A DNA stretch of 64,000 bases from Bacteroidota bacterium (lineage in GTDB: Bacteria; Bacteroidota; Bacteroidia; JABDFU01). This document shows positions 1 through 8,364 of this stretch, piece by piece. Under the pieces are notes generated by a model, which worked only from the letters and a program-made list of their open reading frames with translations, did not search any database and was not told where the DNA came from. The stretch is from NCBI GenBank assembly GCA_013286805.1, contig JABDEY010000003.1:49-64048 (forward strand). Reading direction: 5' to 3'. Within the stretch, counting starts at the first letter, position 1. Every line of letters begins with the position of its first letter. The position numbers and the translations under genes are program-made.

Positions 1-1395
1 AGGCCCTACACAGCCGTTTGCACCTGTTGGAGTGATTACGTAGGTGACAGCTACAGGTGCCAGAGTGGTATTAATGAGTGTTTCTGCTATGGGGTTAGCA
101 ACCTGGCCTGCTACTGTTGCATTGCTAACACCTGCTACAGCAACTCTGCCCCAGCTAAAGGTAGTAGTACCCAAGCCACTGGTGATGGTATAGCTCTCAG
201 CCACTCCAGAGCAGATCGTGTTGGCGGCAGCACTGGTTACTACCGGAGTTGGATTTACTGTTACTACATAGTTAAAGGCAGGCCCTACGCAGCCGTTTGC
301 ACCTGTTGGAGTGATCACATAAGTGACAGCTACAGGTGCCAGAGTGGTATTAATGAGTGTTTCTGCTATGGGGTTAGCAACCTGGCCTGCTACTGTTGCA
401 TTGCTAACACCTGCTACCGCAACTCGTCCCCAGCTAAAGGTGGTAGTGCCTAAGCCACTGGTGATGGTATAGCTCTCAGCCACTCCTGAGCAGATCGTGT
501 TGGCGGCTGCACTGGTTACAACAGGAGTTGGATTTACTGTCACTACATAGTTAAAGGCAGGCCCTACGCAGCCGTTTGCACCTGTTGGAGTGATCACATA
601 AGTGACAGCTACAGGTGCCAGAGTGGTGTTGATCAGTGTTTCTGCGATTGGGTTAGCTACCTGGCCTGCTACTGTTGCATTGCTCACTCCTGCTACCGCA
701 ACTCTTCCCCAGCTAAAGGTGGTGGTGCCTAAGCCGCTGGTGATGGTATAACTCTCAGCTACTCCCGAGCAGATCGTGTTGGCGGCTGCGCTGGTTACTA
801 CCGGAGTTGGATTTACTGTTACTACATAGTTAAAGGCAGGCCCTACACAGCCGTTTGCACCCGTTGGAGTGATCACATAAGTGACAGCTACAGGTGCGAG
901 TGTGGTATTGATCAGTGTTTCTGCTATTGGGTTAGCTACCTGGCCTGCTACTGTTGCATTGCTCACTCCTGCTACAGCAACTCTTCCCCAGCTAAAGGTA
1001 GTAGTACCTAAGCCGCTGGTGATGGTATAACTCTCAGCTACTCCAGAGCAGATCGTGTTGGCGGCAGCACTGGTTACTACCGGAGTTGGATTTACTGTTA
1101 CTACATAGTTAAAGGCAGGCCCTACGCAGCCGTTTGCACCTGTTGGAGTGATCACATAAGTGACAGCTACAGGTGCCAGAGTGGTATTAATGAGTGTTTC
1201 TGCTATGGGATTAGCAACCTGGCCTGCTACTGTTGCATTGCTCACACCTGCCACAGCAACTCTTCCCCAGCTAAAGGTGGTGGTGCCTAAGCCACTGGTG
1301 ATGGTATAATTTTCAGCCACCCCTGAGCATATCGTTGTTGCTGCTGCACTGGTCACGACCGGAGTTGGATTTACTGTTACTACATAGCTAAATAC
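1..1395 (-). repeat. Five near-identical in-frame 279-bp tandem repeats, each encoding one 93-aa PKD-like domain
   Basis: Units start at 1, 280, 559, 838 and 1117 (aggccctacRcagccgtttgcacc...). The period is exactly 279 bp. I counted about 16 mismatches between units 1 and 2 (~94% identity). The array is cut by the window start. Confidence 0.9.
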
Positions 1396-4300
1396 AGGTC
1401 CTGCGCAAAGGCTCGGTCCCGGACCAGTAGGGCTGATCAGGTAAGTGACGGCAACAGGTGCCAAAGTAGTGTTGATCAGGGTTTCTGCTATTGGGTTAGC
1501 TACCTGACCCGGTGGAGCAACAGCATTGCTGATACCCACTACGGCAGCTCTTCCCCATGTAAAGGTGGTACCTGCTGTTGCGCTGGTAATGGTATAACTC
1601 TCTGCTACTCCCGAGCAGATAGTCGTAGCCGCAGCGCTGCTGACAGTTGGTGCTGGATTTACCGTTACTACGTAAGTAAACACAGGGCCTGGGCAATTGG
1701 TGGGAGCCGGGCCTATAGGGGTAATCAGGTAAGTGACAGCCACGGGACTAGCGGTTGTGTTGACAAGTGTTTCATTGATAGGATTAGTTCCCAGTGGTCC
1801 TGCTGCAGCATTACTGATTCCTGCCACGACAGCCCTGGTCCAGCTAAAAGTCGTACCTGCCAAAGCACTTGTGATCGTATAGTTTTCAGCTACACCGCTA
1901 CATACAGAACCTGTTGCGGCACTATTCACAGTTGGTAAAGGATTCACCGTTACCGTTACAGTAACCGGAGCTGCAATACAACCGTTATCAAAAGCATTGA
2001 CTGTATAAGTTGTTGTAATAGCAGGAGTAGCAATGGGGTTAGCTTTAGAAGGATCATCCAGACTGCCGGCAGGAGCCCAGGCATAAGTCGCACCTACCGG
2101 CCCGATAGGGTGGGCACCAAGGGTAACGCTACTACCAATACACATAGTTTGATTTGGACCCGCATCAATTTTAAAGGGAGCTGGGCGTCGTGTAGGAATA
2201 AAACAAGCATTGAGAAACACACGTTCTCCGTTAATACCTGCCTGGGTACCAACCGTACTGTAATCATGCCCTCCCATATAGAACACATTGCCTCCGGCAG
2301 AGTCAGCCTGATTCAGGTGCGCTGAGTAAACCTTAATATTGACATTACTTGGTTCCTGAACGCAAAAATACCCTCCATTATTCCATGTTCCGGAAAGAGA
2401 CTGAAAGTCTGCCAATGCTCCTGCATCATCATCCATAACACCCTGGAATTGCATAATTGCCATATCCGGATTGCTGTATGCCACCGAAGCCAAGCCATTA
2501 TTTTCGCCAATTCCGGTAGGAGTCATGAAATGGTGATTGGCTTCGTAGGTCTCTACGCCTTTACATTCTGTGAAAAAATTTCCGCCAGAATTCACGAAAT
2601 TCTTAACAAATGTTGTAAAGTTTATTTTGTTAGGCGTTGGAGTGATGCTACCACAAGAACCACCAAGACCGCAGAGTGTGTCCCAGTGAGCCTCTGTGCA
2701 CATCGTATAGCATTGAGAAAGCCCAGGAAATCCACCTGCTGACTGAACATCATATGCCGGATAAAGTCCTCCGCTTCCAATCTGAGTCATCCCGGCGTCC
2801 GTAAAATAGGAAATAGGAACATTGTCAAATCCCCCGTCGTTAAGAACAGATACTTTAATGGCTTGATTTAATGTGTAACGCACATCAACTGTAATGTTCC
2901 CCCCTGTCAATTGAAATACATTAACTTGATTTGTTCCGGGAGTAAGTGTAGCCTCGTATGCTGCGATTACCTGGGCTGCTGTAAGCCCTGTAGAATAAAA
3001 GGGTGTATTGATGTATTGAGGATCAACAATAAATGCGCTGGCACTAAAATTTCTAACAGTGGCTGCCCCAGCAGGTAATGGGAAATATTTAATGGTATTA
3101 GCTGAAAAGTCAACAGCATCTTTTGCCTTTCCTGATAAAATCACCCAATGTACCGGTATATTATTTTGAACAAAGGCATTGATCAAGCCATACGCTTTTA
3201 AATTGAACTTGCCGCCACTGTTCAGCTGATTGGTATTATCCATGGCAACAATCAATGCACCTGTTGTGATTAACGTAGGATTTGAAGCAGGATTGGGAAG
3301 GTCTGGTCTGCTACAGGTAGCATTTGTAATGATGCGTGTACCCGGAGGATTTGGTGTACTTATAATAGATTCAGTAGTCCCTCCCATGACAAATGAAGAA
3401 AGGGAAGCATCTAACTGATCTCCGACGTTTGCTGAACCCGGAACTGCATAATGAAGATAGAAGTAGTAGGTTCCGGGTTTTGTTAATGCAGCGGTTCCGT
3501 TTATTGTAAATGCGCCATTGGGGCTTGCAAAAGACCCGAACAGTGTTTTAACAGCAAACTGCGGCCTTGCGCCAACATTGTATTCCGGAATGGTATCTGT
3601 AAAATAAAGGTTAGCAGCTGTAATGTTCGTCAAAGGGTTTTGAGAAAAACCTGCATCACCAACGGTACTGAAATTGAACTGGGTGATATCAACACAGCTG
3701 CTTCCGGAAACTGTTACTGCAATTTGCAGAATATCATCATCCGCATCGGCACAATTAAGATTGATCGGGCCGGTTGAATACTGGGTGACGGCGCTTGATA
3801 CATAGGTGAGGGGATTCAATGCTGTTATTGAAACATCACTTATACTGGTACATGCACCATTGGTTATCGTCCAACGTAAAGTAGCAACAGCGCCAGAAAC
3901 TAAACCTGTAACGGTAGAAGTTGGGGAAGATGGAGTAGTAATGGTCGCTACTCCTGATACAAGTGACCAGGCTCCAATACCCACTCCTGGTGCATTGGCA
4001 GCCAGAGTAGTTGAGGTAGTGCCGCAAAGGGTCTGATCGGGACCGGCATTGGAGGTTGTTGGGGGTACACCAGCCATAGGTTTTATTGTACATGTTGAAA
4101 CAGAATTAGCACATGGTGCATTTACAATCGTCCATTGAAAAGTTGTGGTAGTTCCAACAGTGAGGCCGGTAACATCTGAACTTTCAGAGCTTGGGGTTAC
4201 GATGGTTACTCCACCACAATTGGCTGTACAAGTCCAGGTTCCAACGCCGACCAAAGGAAGATTACCAGCCAACGTGGCAGTAGTAGTACAAGGTGTTTGA

Positions 4301-6381
4301 TTAGGGCCTGCAACTGCAACTGTCGGTGGTAGTGCTTCTGTGATAGACATGGCCGAAGAAAGGGAGCAAGTTCCTCTTGTAGTTGTCCAAAGTAAGTCGG
4401 CAGTAGTCCCTGGCACAAGGCCCGTCACTCCGGAAGTAGGTGATGTTGGAGTTGTAATTGTTGCGGTTCCGGAAGTAACTGACCACAAACCTGTGGTTGG
4501 TAATACAACAGGGTTAGGGGTAGCTGCAAGTGTAGCTGTTGTGAGGTTACAATGAGTCTGGTTTGGTCCGGCCGCTGCCGCCGTAGGATTGGCAACTCCT
4601 GTTACAACCACATTACTGGATGATGCAGCGCATGGGGCATTTGAAATGGTCCATTTAAATGTAGTTGCAGTTCCAACCGCAATTCCGGTAATGCCAGAAT
4701 TAGCAGTGGTATTGGCAGTAATTCCAACTCCCCCGCAATTGGTAATACAGGTCCATAATCCAGCTCCGGTCACCGGAATGTTGCCGGCAAGGGCTGAAGC
4801 TCCACCTCCACAAACGTTAAAAGCAGGGCCTGCTACAGATACTGTAGGTGGAGCAGTTGAAGTAAAGTTCATAGATGAAGAAAGTGAACATGTACCACGT
4901 GTCGTGGTCCAGGTGAAGACGACAGTGGTACCGACTTCTATTCCGGTCACGCCGGAATTATTTGCTGAGGGGGTAGTAAGTGTTGCGGTTCCGGAAGTAA
5001 CAGACCAGAGACCCGTAGTTGGCAATACAACGGCGGTTGCATTAAGAGTACCGCTTGTAACATCACAATTATTTTGATCTGCCCCTGCAACTGGAGCAGT
5101 TGGAAGAGGAGCGCCGGTTACAACTACGGTACTGGATGAACTGCATGAGCCGTTTGTAATGGTCCACTGAAATGTTGTTGCAGTTCCAACCGCAATTCCG
5201 GTTATTGCGGAAGTAGGAGATGCTGGGGTTGTAATACCGACTCCTCCACAATTGGCAGTACAGGTCCATAACCCGGCACCAACAATAGGTGTATTGCCAG
5301 CAAGGGTTGATGCGCCACCACCGCAAACGTTAAAAGCAGGACCAGCAACAGAAGCTGTTGGCGGAGCATCTACAGTTATGGTCATAGGTGAGGAAAGGGT
5401 ACATGCACCACGTGTTGTTGTCCAAAGCAAATTGGCAGAAGCCCCTACAACAAGGCCTGTCACTCCGGAAACAGGTGATGTGGGAGTTGTAATTGTTGCA
5501 GTCCCGGAAGTAACTGACCATGCACCAGTAGTTGGCAAAACAACCGGGTTAGGAGTAGCGTTAAGTGAAGTGGTTGTAACGTTACAAAGATCCTGATTTA
5601 CTCCTGCATTAGGAACTGTTGGATTAGCGACACCTGTTACCTGCACCGTACTGGATGATGGAGCACATGAACCATTTGAAATGGTCCATTGAAATGTGGT
5701 AGTGGTTCCAACCGGAATTCCTGAAAAACCATTTGTTGGAGATGTTCCGGGTGCAGTGATAGTCACGCCTGCACAATTGGTTGTACACGTCCATACTCCT
5801 GCTCCAACAATTGGTGTATTGCCTGCGAGGTTGCCACTGCCGCCACAGGCATTAAAGGCAGAACCAGCGTTAGATGCAGTTGGGGGAGCAATAGTAGTAT
5901 AATTCACAGTTCCATCGCCAAAAGTATTTGTTCCACCACTGGTATTTGGAATGGTCATCACAAGTGCAGCGGAAGTACCGGCAGGCATATTTGTAATGTT
6001 ATTAAGAACTACCGTAAATGTCTTATTTTTAGCAACAGCAATCGGGGCCAGAAAAGTTATCACGGTGGCTGACACATTTGTTATCACACCAATGTTGGTA
6101 CCATTGTATTGGCTACCATTTCCTGTAACACAGGTATTTGCATTCGTTCCTGCAGGAAAGGTAATTGTAACCAAAGCTCCAAGAGCCATCGGCGCATTGT
6201 TACTATTAGGTGTCGTTCCTGATAAGGTATATGTTGCAAGTACACCCTGGCAGTTATTGGATAAGGAAATGCTGTTCCAGGGCACCGTAAAACTGGCAGC
6301 ACAAACCCTCTGCACCCCGCCACATAAGCAGCAGACAACAATAAATCCAGCTAGAAAGTATTTGGGTACCTTTAATAGCAT
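1..6381 (-). CDS. Giant exported multi-repeat surface/adhesin-like protein. The N-terminal 2127 codons are in the window; the C-terminus lies beyond the window start.
   Basis: ATG at 6381..6379 opens MLLKVPKYFLAGFIVVCCLCGG (signal-peptide-like). 6381 is divisible by 3, so this frame runs exactly off position 1. I found no in-frame stop in the stretches I translated by hand (1-120, 2041-2340, 2640-2730, 3120-3270, 6300-6381). None of the tracked minus ORFs in 1-6400 shares this frame. It is probably absent from the track because it has no stop in the window. The translation gives 8 Ig-like repeats, a globular middle region, and at least 7 PKD-like repeats (ICSGVAE.YTITS..TTFSW...VTYVITP..C.GP.F.YVVTVNP). 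Confidence 0.85.
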   Translation of the reverse strand, partial: MLLKVPKYFLAGFIVVCCLCGGVQRVCAASFTVPWNSISLSNNCQGVLATYTLSGTTPNSNNAPMALGALVTITFPAGTNANTCVTGNGSQYNGTNIGVITNVSATVITFLAPIAVAKNKTFTVVLNNITNMPAGTSAALVMTIPNTSGGTNTFGDGTVNYTTIAPPTASNAGSAFNACGGSGNLAGNTPIVGAGVWTCTTNCAGVTITAPGTSPTNGFSGIPVGTTTTFQWTISNGSCAPSSSTVQVTGVANPTVPNAGVNQDLCNVTTTSLNATPNPVVLPTTGAWSVTSGTATITTPTSPVSGVTGLVVGASANLLWTTTRGACTLSSPMTITVDAPPTASVAGPAFNVCGGGASTLAGNTPIVGAGLWTCTANCGGVGITTPASPTSAITGIAVGTATTFQWTITNGSCSSSSTVVVTGAPLPTAPVAGADQNNCDVTSGTLNATAVVLPTTGLWSVTSGTATLTTPSANNSGVTGIEVGTTVVFTWTTTRGTCSLSSSMNFTSTAPPTVSVAGPAFNVCGGGASALAGNIPVTGAGLWTCITNCGGVGITANTTANSGITGIAVGTATTFKWTISNAPCAASSSNVVVTGVANPTAAAAGPNQTHCNLTTATLAATPNPVVLPTTGLWSVTSGTATITTPTSPTSGVTGLVPGTTADLLWTTTRGTCSLSSAMSITEALPPTVAVAGPNQTPCTTTATLAGNLPLVGVGTWTCTANCGGVTIVTPSSESSDVTGLTVGTTTTFQWTIVNAPCANSVSTCTIKPMAGVPPTTSNAGPDQTLCGTTSTTLAANAPGVGIGAWSLVSGVATITTPSSPTSTVTGLVSGAVATLRWTITNGACTSISDVSITALNPLTYVSSAVTQYSTGPINLNCADADDDILQIAVTVSGSSCVDITQFNFSTVGDAGFSQNPLTNITAANLYFTDTIPEYNVGARPQFAVKTLFGSFASPNGAFTINGTAALTKPGTYYFYLHYAVPGSANVGDQLDASLSSFVMGGTTESIISTPNPPGTRIITNATCSRPDLPNPASNPTLITTGALIVAMDNTNQLNSGGKFNLKAYGLINAFVQNNIPVHWVILSGKAKDAVDFSANTIKYFPLPAGAATVRNFSASAFIVDPQYINTPFYSTGLTAAQVIAAYEATLTPGTNQVNVFQLTGGNITVDVRYTLNQAIKVSVLNDGGFDNVPISYFTDAGMTQIGSGGLYPAYDVQSAGGFPGLSQCYTMCTEAHWDTLCGLGGSCGSITPTPNKINFTTFVKNFVNSGGNFFTECKGVETYEANHHFMTPTGIGENNGLASVAYSNPDMAIMQFQGVMDDDAGALADFQSLSGTWNNGGYFCVQEPSNVNIKVYSAHLNQADSAGGNVFYMGGHDYSTVGTQAGINGERVFLNACFIPTRRPAPFKIDAGPNQTMCIGSSVTLGAHPIGPVGATYAWAPAGSLDDPSKANPIATPAITTTYTVNAFDNGCIAAPVTVTVTVNPLPTVNSAATGSVCSGVAENYTITSALAGTTFSWTRAVVAGISNAAAGPLGTNPINETLVNTTASPVAVTYLITPIGPAPTNCPGPVFTYVVTVNPAPTVSSAAATTICSGVAESYTITSATAGTTFTWGRAAVVGISNAVAPPGQVANPIAETLINTTLAPVAVTYLISPTGPGPSLCAGPVFSYVVTVNPTPVVTSAAATTICSGVAENYTITSGLGTTTFSWGRVAVAGVSNATVAGQVANPIAETLINTTLAPVAVTYVITPTGANGCVGPAFNYVVTVNPTPVVTSAAANTICSGVAESYTITSGLGTTTFSWGRVAVAGVSNATVAGQVANPIAETLINTTLAPVAVTYVITPTGANGCVGPAFNYVVTVNPTPVVTSAAANTICSGVAESYTITSGLGTTTFSWGRVAVAGVSNATVAGQVANPIAETLINTTLAPVAVTYVITPTGANGCVGPAFNYVVTVNPTPVVTSAAANTICSGVAESYTITSGLGTTTFSWGRVAVAGVSNATVAGQVANPIAETLINTTLAPVAVTYVITPTGANGCVGPAFNYVVTVNPTPVVTSAAANTICSGVAESYTITSGLGTTTFSWGRVAVAGVSNATVAGQVANPIAETLINTTLAPVAVTYVITPTGANGCVGP
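1396..1974 (-). repeat. Two diverged units of the same PKD-like repeat
   Basis: One unit starts at 1396 (aggtcctgcgcaaagg, 288 bp). The next starts at 1684 (agggcctgggcaattgg, ~290 bp). Both keep the domain pattern (ICSGVAE.YTITS..FTW/FSW...VTYLI.P...C.GPVF.YVVTVNP) but have indels and many substitutions. Confidence 0.75.
3820..5900 (-). repeat. Eight ~87-aa Ig-like coding repeats in two alternating subtypes (ABABABAB; super-repeat ~510-525 bp)
   Basis: Type A carries AGPAFNVCGGGAS.LAGN.P..GAG.WTC..NCGGV.I. Type B carries AG..Q..C....TLNATP.PVVLPTTG.WSVTSGTATITTP. The plus-strand shadow ORFs 4340..4555, 4589..5077, 5252..5596 and 5696..5902 repeat the same antisense peptides (PVTPE.GDVGVVIVAVPEVTDH; QVHNPAP..G.LPAR...PPPQTLKAGPA). 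Confidence 0.8.
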
Positions 6382-6607
6382 TTTAATCTGTTATGACTGA
6401 AACCATACTTATGGGGTATAATACTAATTAACAGATAGATAGCTATTATACGTAGTTAGGCTTCAATATGTTTCAAATATAAGGAAATAAACGCATATTT
6501 TCTTACATTGGTAAGTAAAGGAGTAGTTATGACCTGAATATTGACCCTTTTTCAGATACCTGAGAGCAGGAAGAAAAAAGCGGAAACGAGGAGTTCTCAA
6601 AAAAAAG

Positions 6608-6692
6608 CGGAGGAAGAGGGATTCGAACCCCCGGTAGTGTTACCTACAACAGTTTTCAAGACTGCCGCGTTAAACCGCTCTGCCATTCCTCC
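6608..6692 (-). tRNA. tRNA-Ser (anticodon UGA)
   Basis: The reverse complement reads GGAGGAATGGCAGAGCGGTTTAACGCGGCAGTCTTGAAAACTGTTGTAGGTAACACTACCGGGGGTTCGAATCCCTCTTCCTCCG. It has a 7-bp acceptor stem (GGAGGAA/TTCCTCC), anticodon loop CTTGAAA, a long variable arm and a GTTCGAATC T-loop. It is 85 nt with no encoded CCA. Confidence 0.9.
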
Positions 6693-6750
6693 GCGACAAA
6701 AGTAGAATATTTTTCTGTTTTGGGGCTAAAAATTGTGAACTTCGTATGAA

Positions 6751-8292
6751 ATGCAAAATTTCGGAGGTTCATATTCAAAAAAATACAAAGTCGTCCGCCT
6801 TTACTTATTTGTACTTCTGTCTTTGATTTTTTTTTCCCAATTTATTCTCGCAGGGAGTTTGTCTGCATTTTTGGGGTATTCTGCTTTTTTTTCTACTCAG
6901 AAGGGCCCTTATATTGAAACGTATCTGACGGTGATGGGGCAAACTGTTGTTTACAAAAAAAAACCAAATGGAAAGTATCAGGGTACAATAAGTATAACTA
7001 TGTTATTCAGGCAAAATGATACAATTAAGGCAGTTCGCAAATACAACCTTCATAGTCTGGAAATTGAAGATACACTGAGGGGAAGGGTTAATTTTATTGA
7101 TGAGCAGCGTTTTTTTATGAAGGAAGGGATTTATGATTTCGAGCTGCAGATTGCTGACAAAAATAGTTTGTTGCAGCCTTATAAGTATTCCCAAAAAATT
7201 GAAATCAGGTATGATGAGCAAAAAATGGCACTCTCTGATATTGAATTTCTTGAATCTTATTCCAGGTCCGTCACTCCAACTATTTTAACCAAGAATGGCT
7301 ATGATCTTATACCCTATGTTTCTGAAATTTATCCAAAGAACCTTAGCCGGCTTTCGTTTTATTGTGAGGTATATAATGCAGCTAAAATTTTAGGTGATAG
7401 TGAAAAATTTGTAACGTTCTACACGATTAAGTCAGTTGATTCAATGAAAATTATTTCAACTACTATTTCGGATAATGTTCCAAAAAAGGCAATTGCTGAT
7501 TACAGAAGTTTTTCAAAACAAAAAGCAGCACCCATAAACGGGATCTTAGCATCATTTGATATAACTAATTTATATTCAGGTAATTATAATATATTTATTG
7601 AAGTGAAAGATAAAGAAAATAATTTGCTGGTTAGTAAAAGCCGGAATTTTAAACGTGAAAATCCCATTCCCTTAATCAGTTCTCCTTATATGGGTAATTC
7701 GGTTAAGGATGGTATGATTCCTGCTTCATTTGCTTTCCGTCTTAGAAACAGGGATTCCTTAAATGAATTTGTAAATAGTTTAAGGCCCATTGCACAGGCT
7801 TCAGAGAAAAAAATTATTGACGAAAATCTTAAAGATACAGGAATTGAGTTGTTGCAGCAGTTCTTTTTCAACTTCTGGAAAGCGCGCAATGCTTCTAATC
7901 CTGAAGGGGAATGGAATACATATTATGCGGATGTGAGAAAGGTAAATAAGTTGTTCGGTTCATTAAATATCAAAGGTTATAATGCGGACAGAGGGCGGGT
8001 ATATTTGCAATACGGGGAGCCTTACAGCCGTATTCCCGGGGATAATAGTGTTGGCGTGTACCCATATGAAATCTGGAAATACAATAAGATAGGAAATCAA
8101 ACCAATGTGCGGTTTATTTTTTACGATCCGGATTATTCCAACAATTATTTCGTTTTGCTTCATTCTGATGTGCGCGGGGAACCGAATAATGAGCAATGGC
8201 AGGCTGTTCTGCAGAAACAGAACCAATTAAACGGGAGTCCGAACAATTCGTATGGAAACAGGGTACAGGAAGATTTCTTGAACTCTAAGTAG
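6751..8292 (+). CDS. GWxTD domain-containing exported protein
   Basis: 513-aa ORF with a hydrophobic N-terminal signal or anchor (LYLFVLLSLIFFSQFILAGS). The C-terminal region NPEGEWNTYYADVRKVNKLFG...KGYNADRGRVYLQYGEPYSR matches my recollection of the GWxTD domain family. Confidence 0.7.
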   Translation: MQNFGGSYSKKYKVVRLYLFVLLSLIFFSQFILAGSLSAFLGYSAFFSTQKGPYIETYLTVMGQTVVYKKKPNGKYQGTISITMLFRQNDTIKAVRKYNLHSLEIEDTLRGRVNFIDEQRFFMKEGIYDFELQIADKNSLLQPYKYSQKIEIRYDEQKMALSDIEFLESYSRSVTPTILTKNGYDLIPYVSEIYPKNLSRLSFYCEVYNAAKILGDSEKFVTFYTIKSVDSMKIISTTISDNVPKKAIADYRSFSKQKAAPINGILASFDITNLYSGNYNIFIEVKDKENNLLVSKSRNFKRENPIPLISSPYMGNSVKDGMIPASFAFRLRNRDSLNEFVNSLRPIAQASEKKIIDENLKDTGIELLQQFFFNFWKARNASNPEGEWNTYYADVRKVNKLFGSLNIKGYNADRGRVYLQYGEPYSRIPGDNSVGVYPYEIWKYNKIGNQTNVRFIFYDPDYSNNYFVLLHSDVRGEPNNEQWQAVLQKQNQLNGSPNNSYGNRVQEDFLNSK

Positions 8293-8364
8293 ACTTGCAT
8301 GCCAAGGGGCACGTTTAGCCTACTTTGTGCCCGAATGGGCCTAAATAAACTTAGCTTTGCAACA

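Noticed and set aside
1-1974. The regular 279-bp tandem array could be mistaken for a CRISPR array or satellite DNA.
   Set aside because: The units are contiguous with no unique spacers. They are exactly 93 codons long, in frame with the surrounding ORF, and encode a recognisable domain. No cas genes are present.
1496-6400. About 20 tracked ORFs of 60-162 aa on both strands. Examples are 4589..5077 (+), 5951..6400 (+), 5252..5596 (+) and 6084..6341 (-).
   Set aside because: All lie inside, and out of frame with or antisense to, the single long minus-strand frame that starts at 6381. Their repetitive Val/Pro/Thr/Gly-rich peptides are mirror images of the Ig-like and PKD-like repeats, so they are shadow ORFs.
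1-6400. GC content that is higher by eye than in the rest of the window, as evidence of a horizontally acquired island.
   Set aside because: The composition is explained by the Gly/Ala/Thr/Pro/Val-rich repeat protein. No integrase, transposase or clear att sites are visible, apart from the weak tRNA 3'-end duplicate reported separately.
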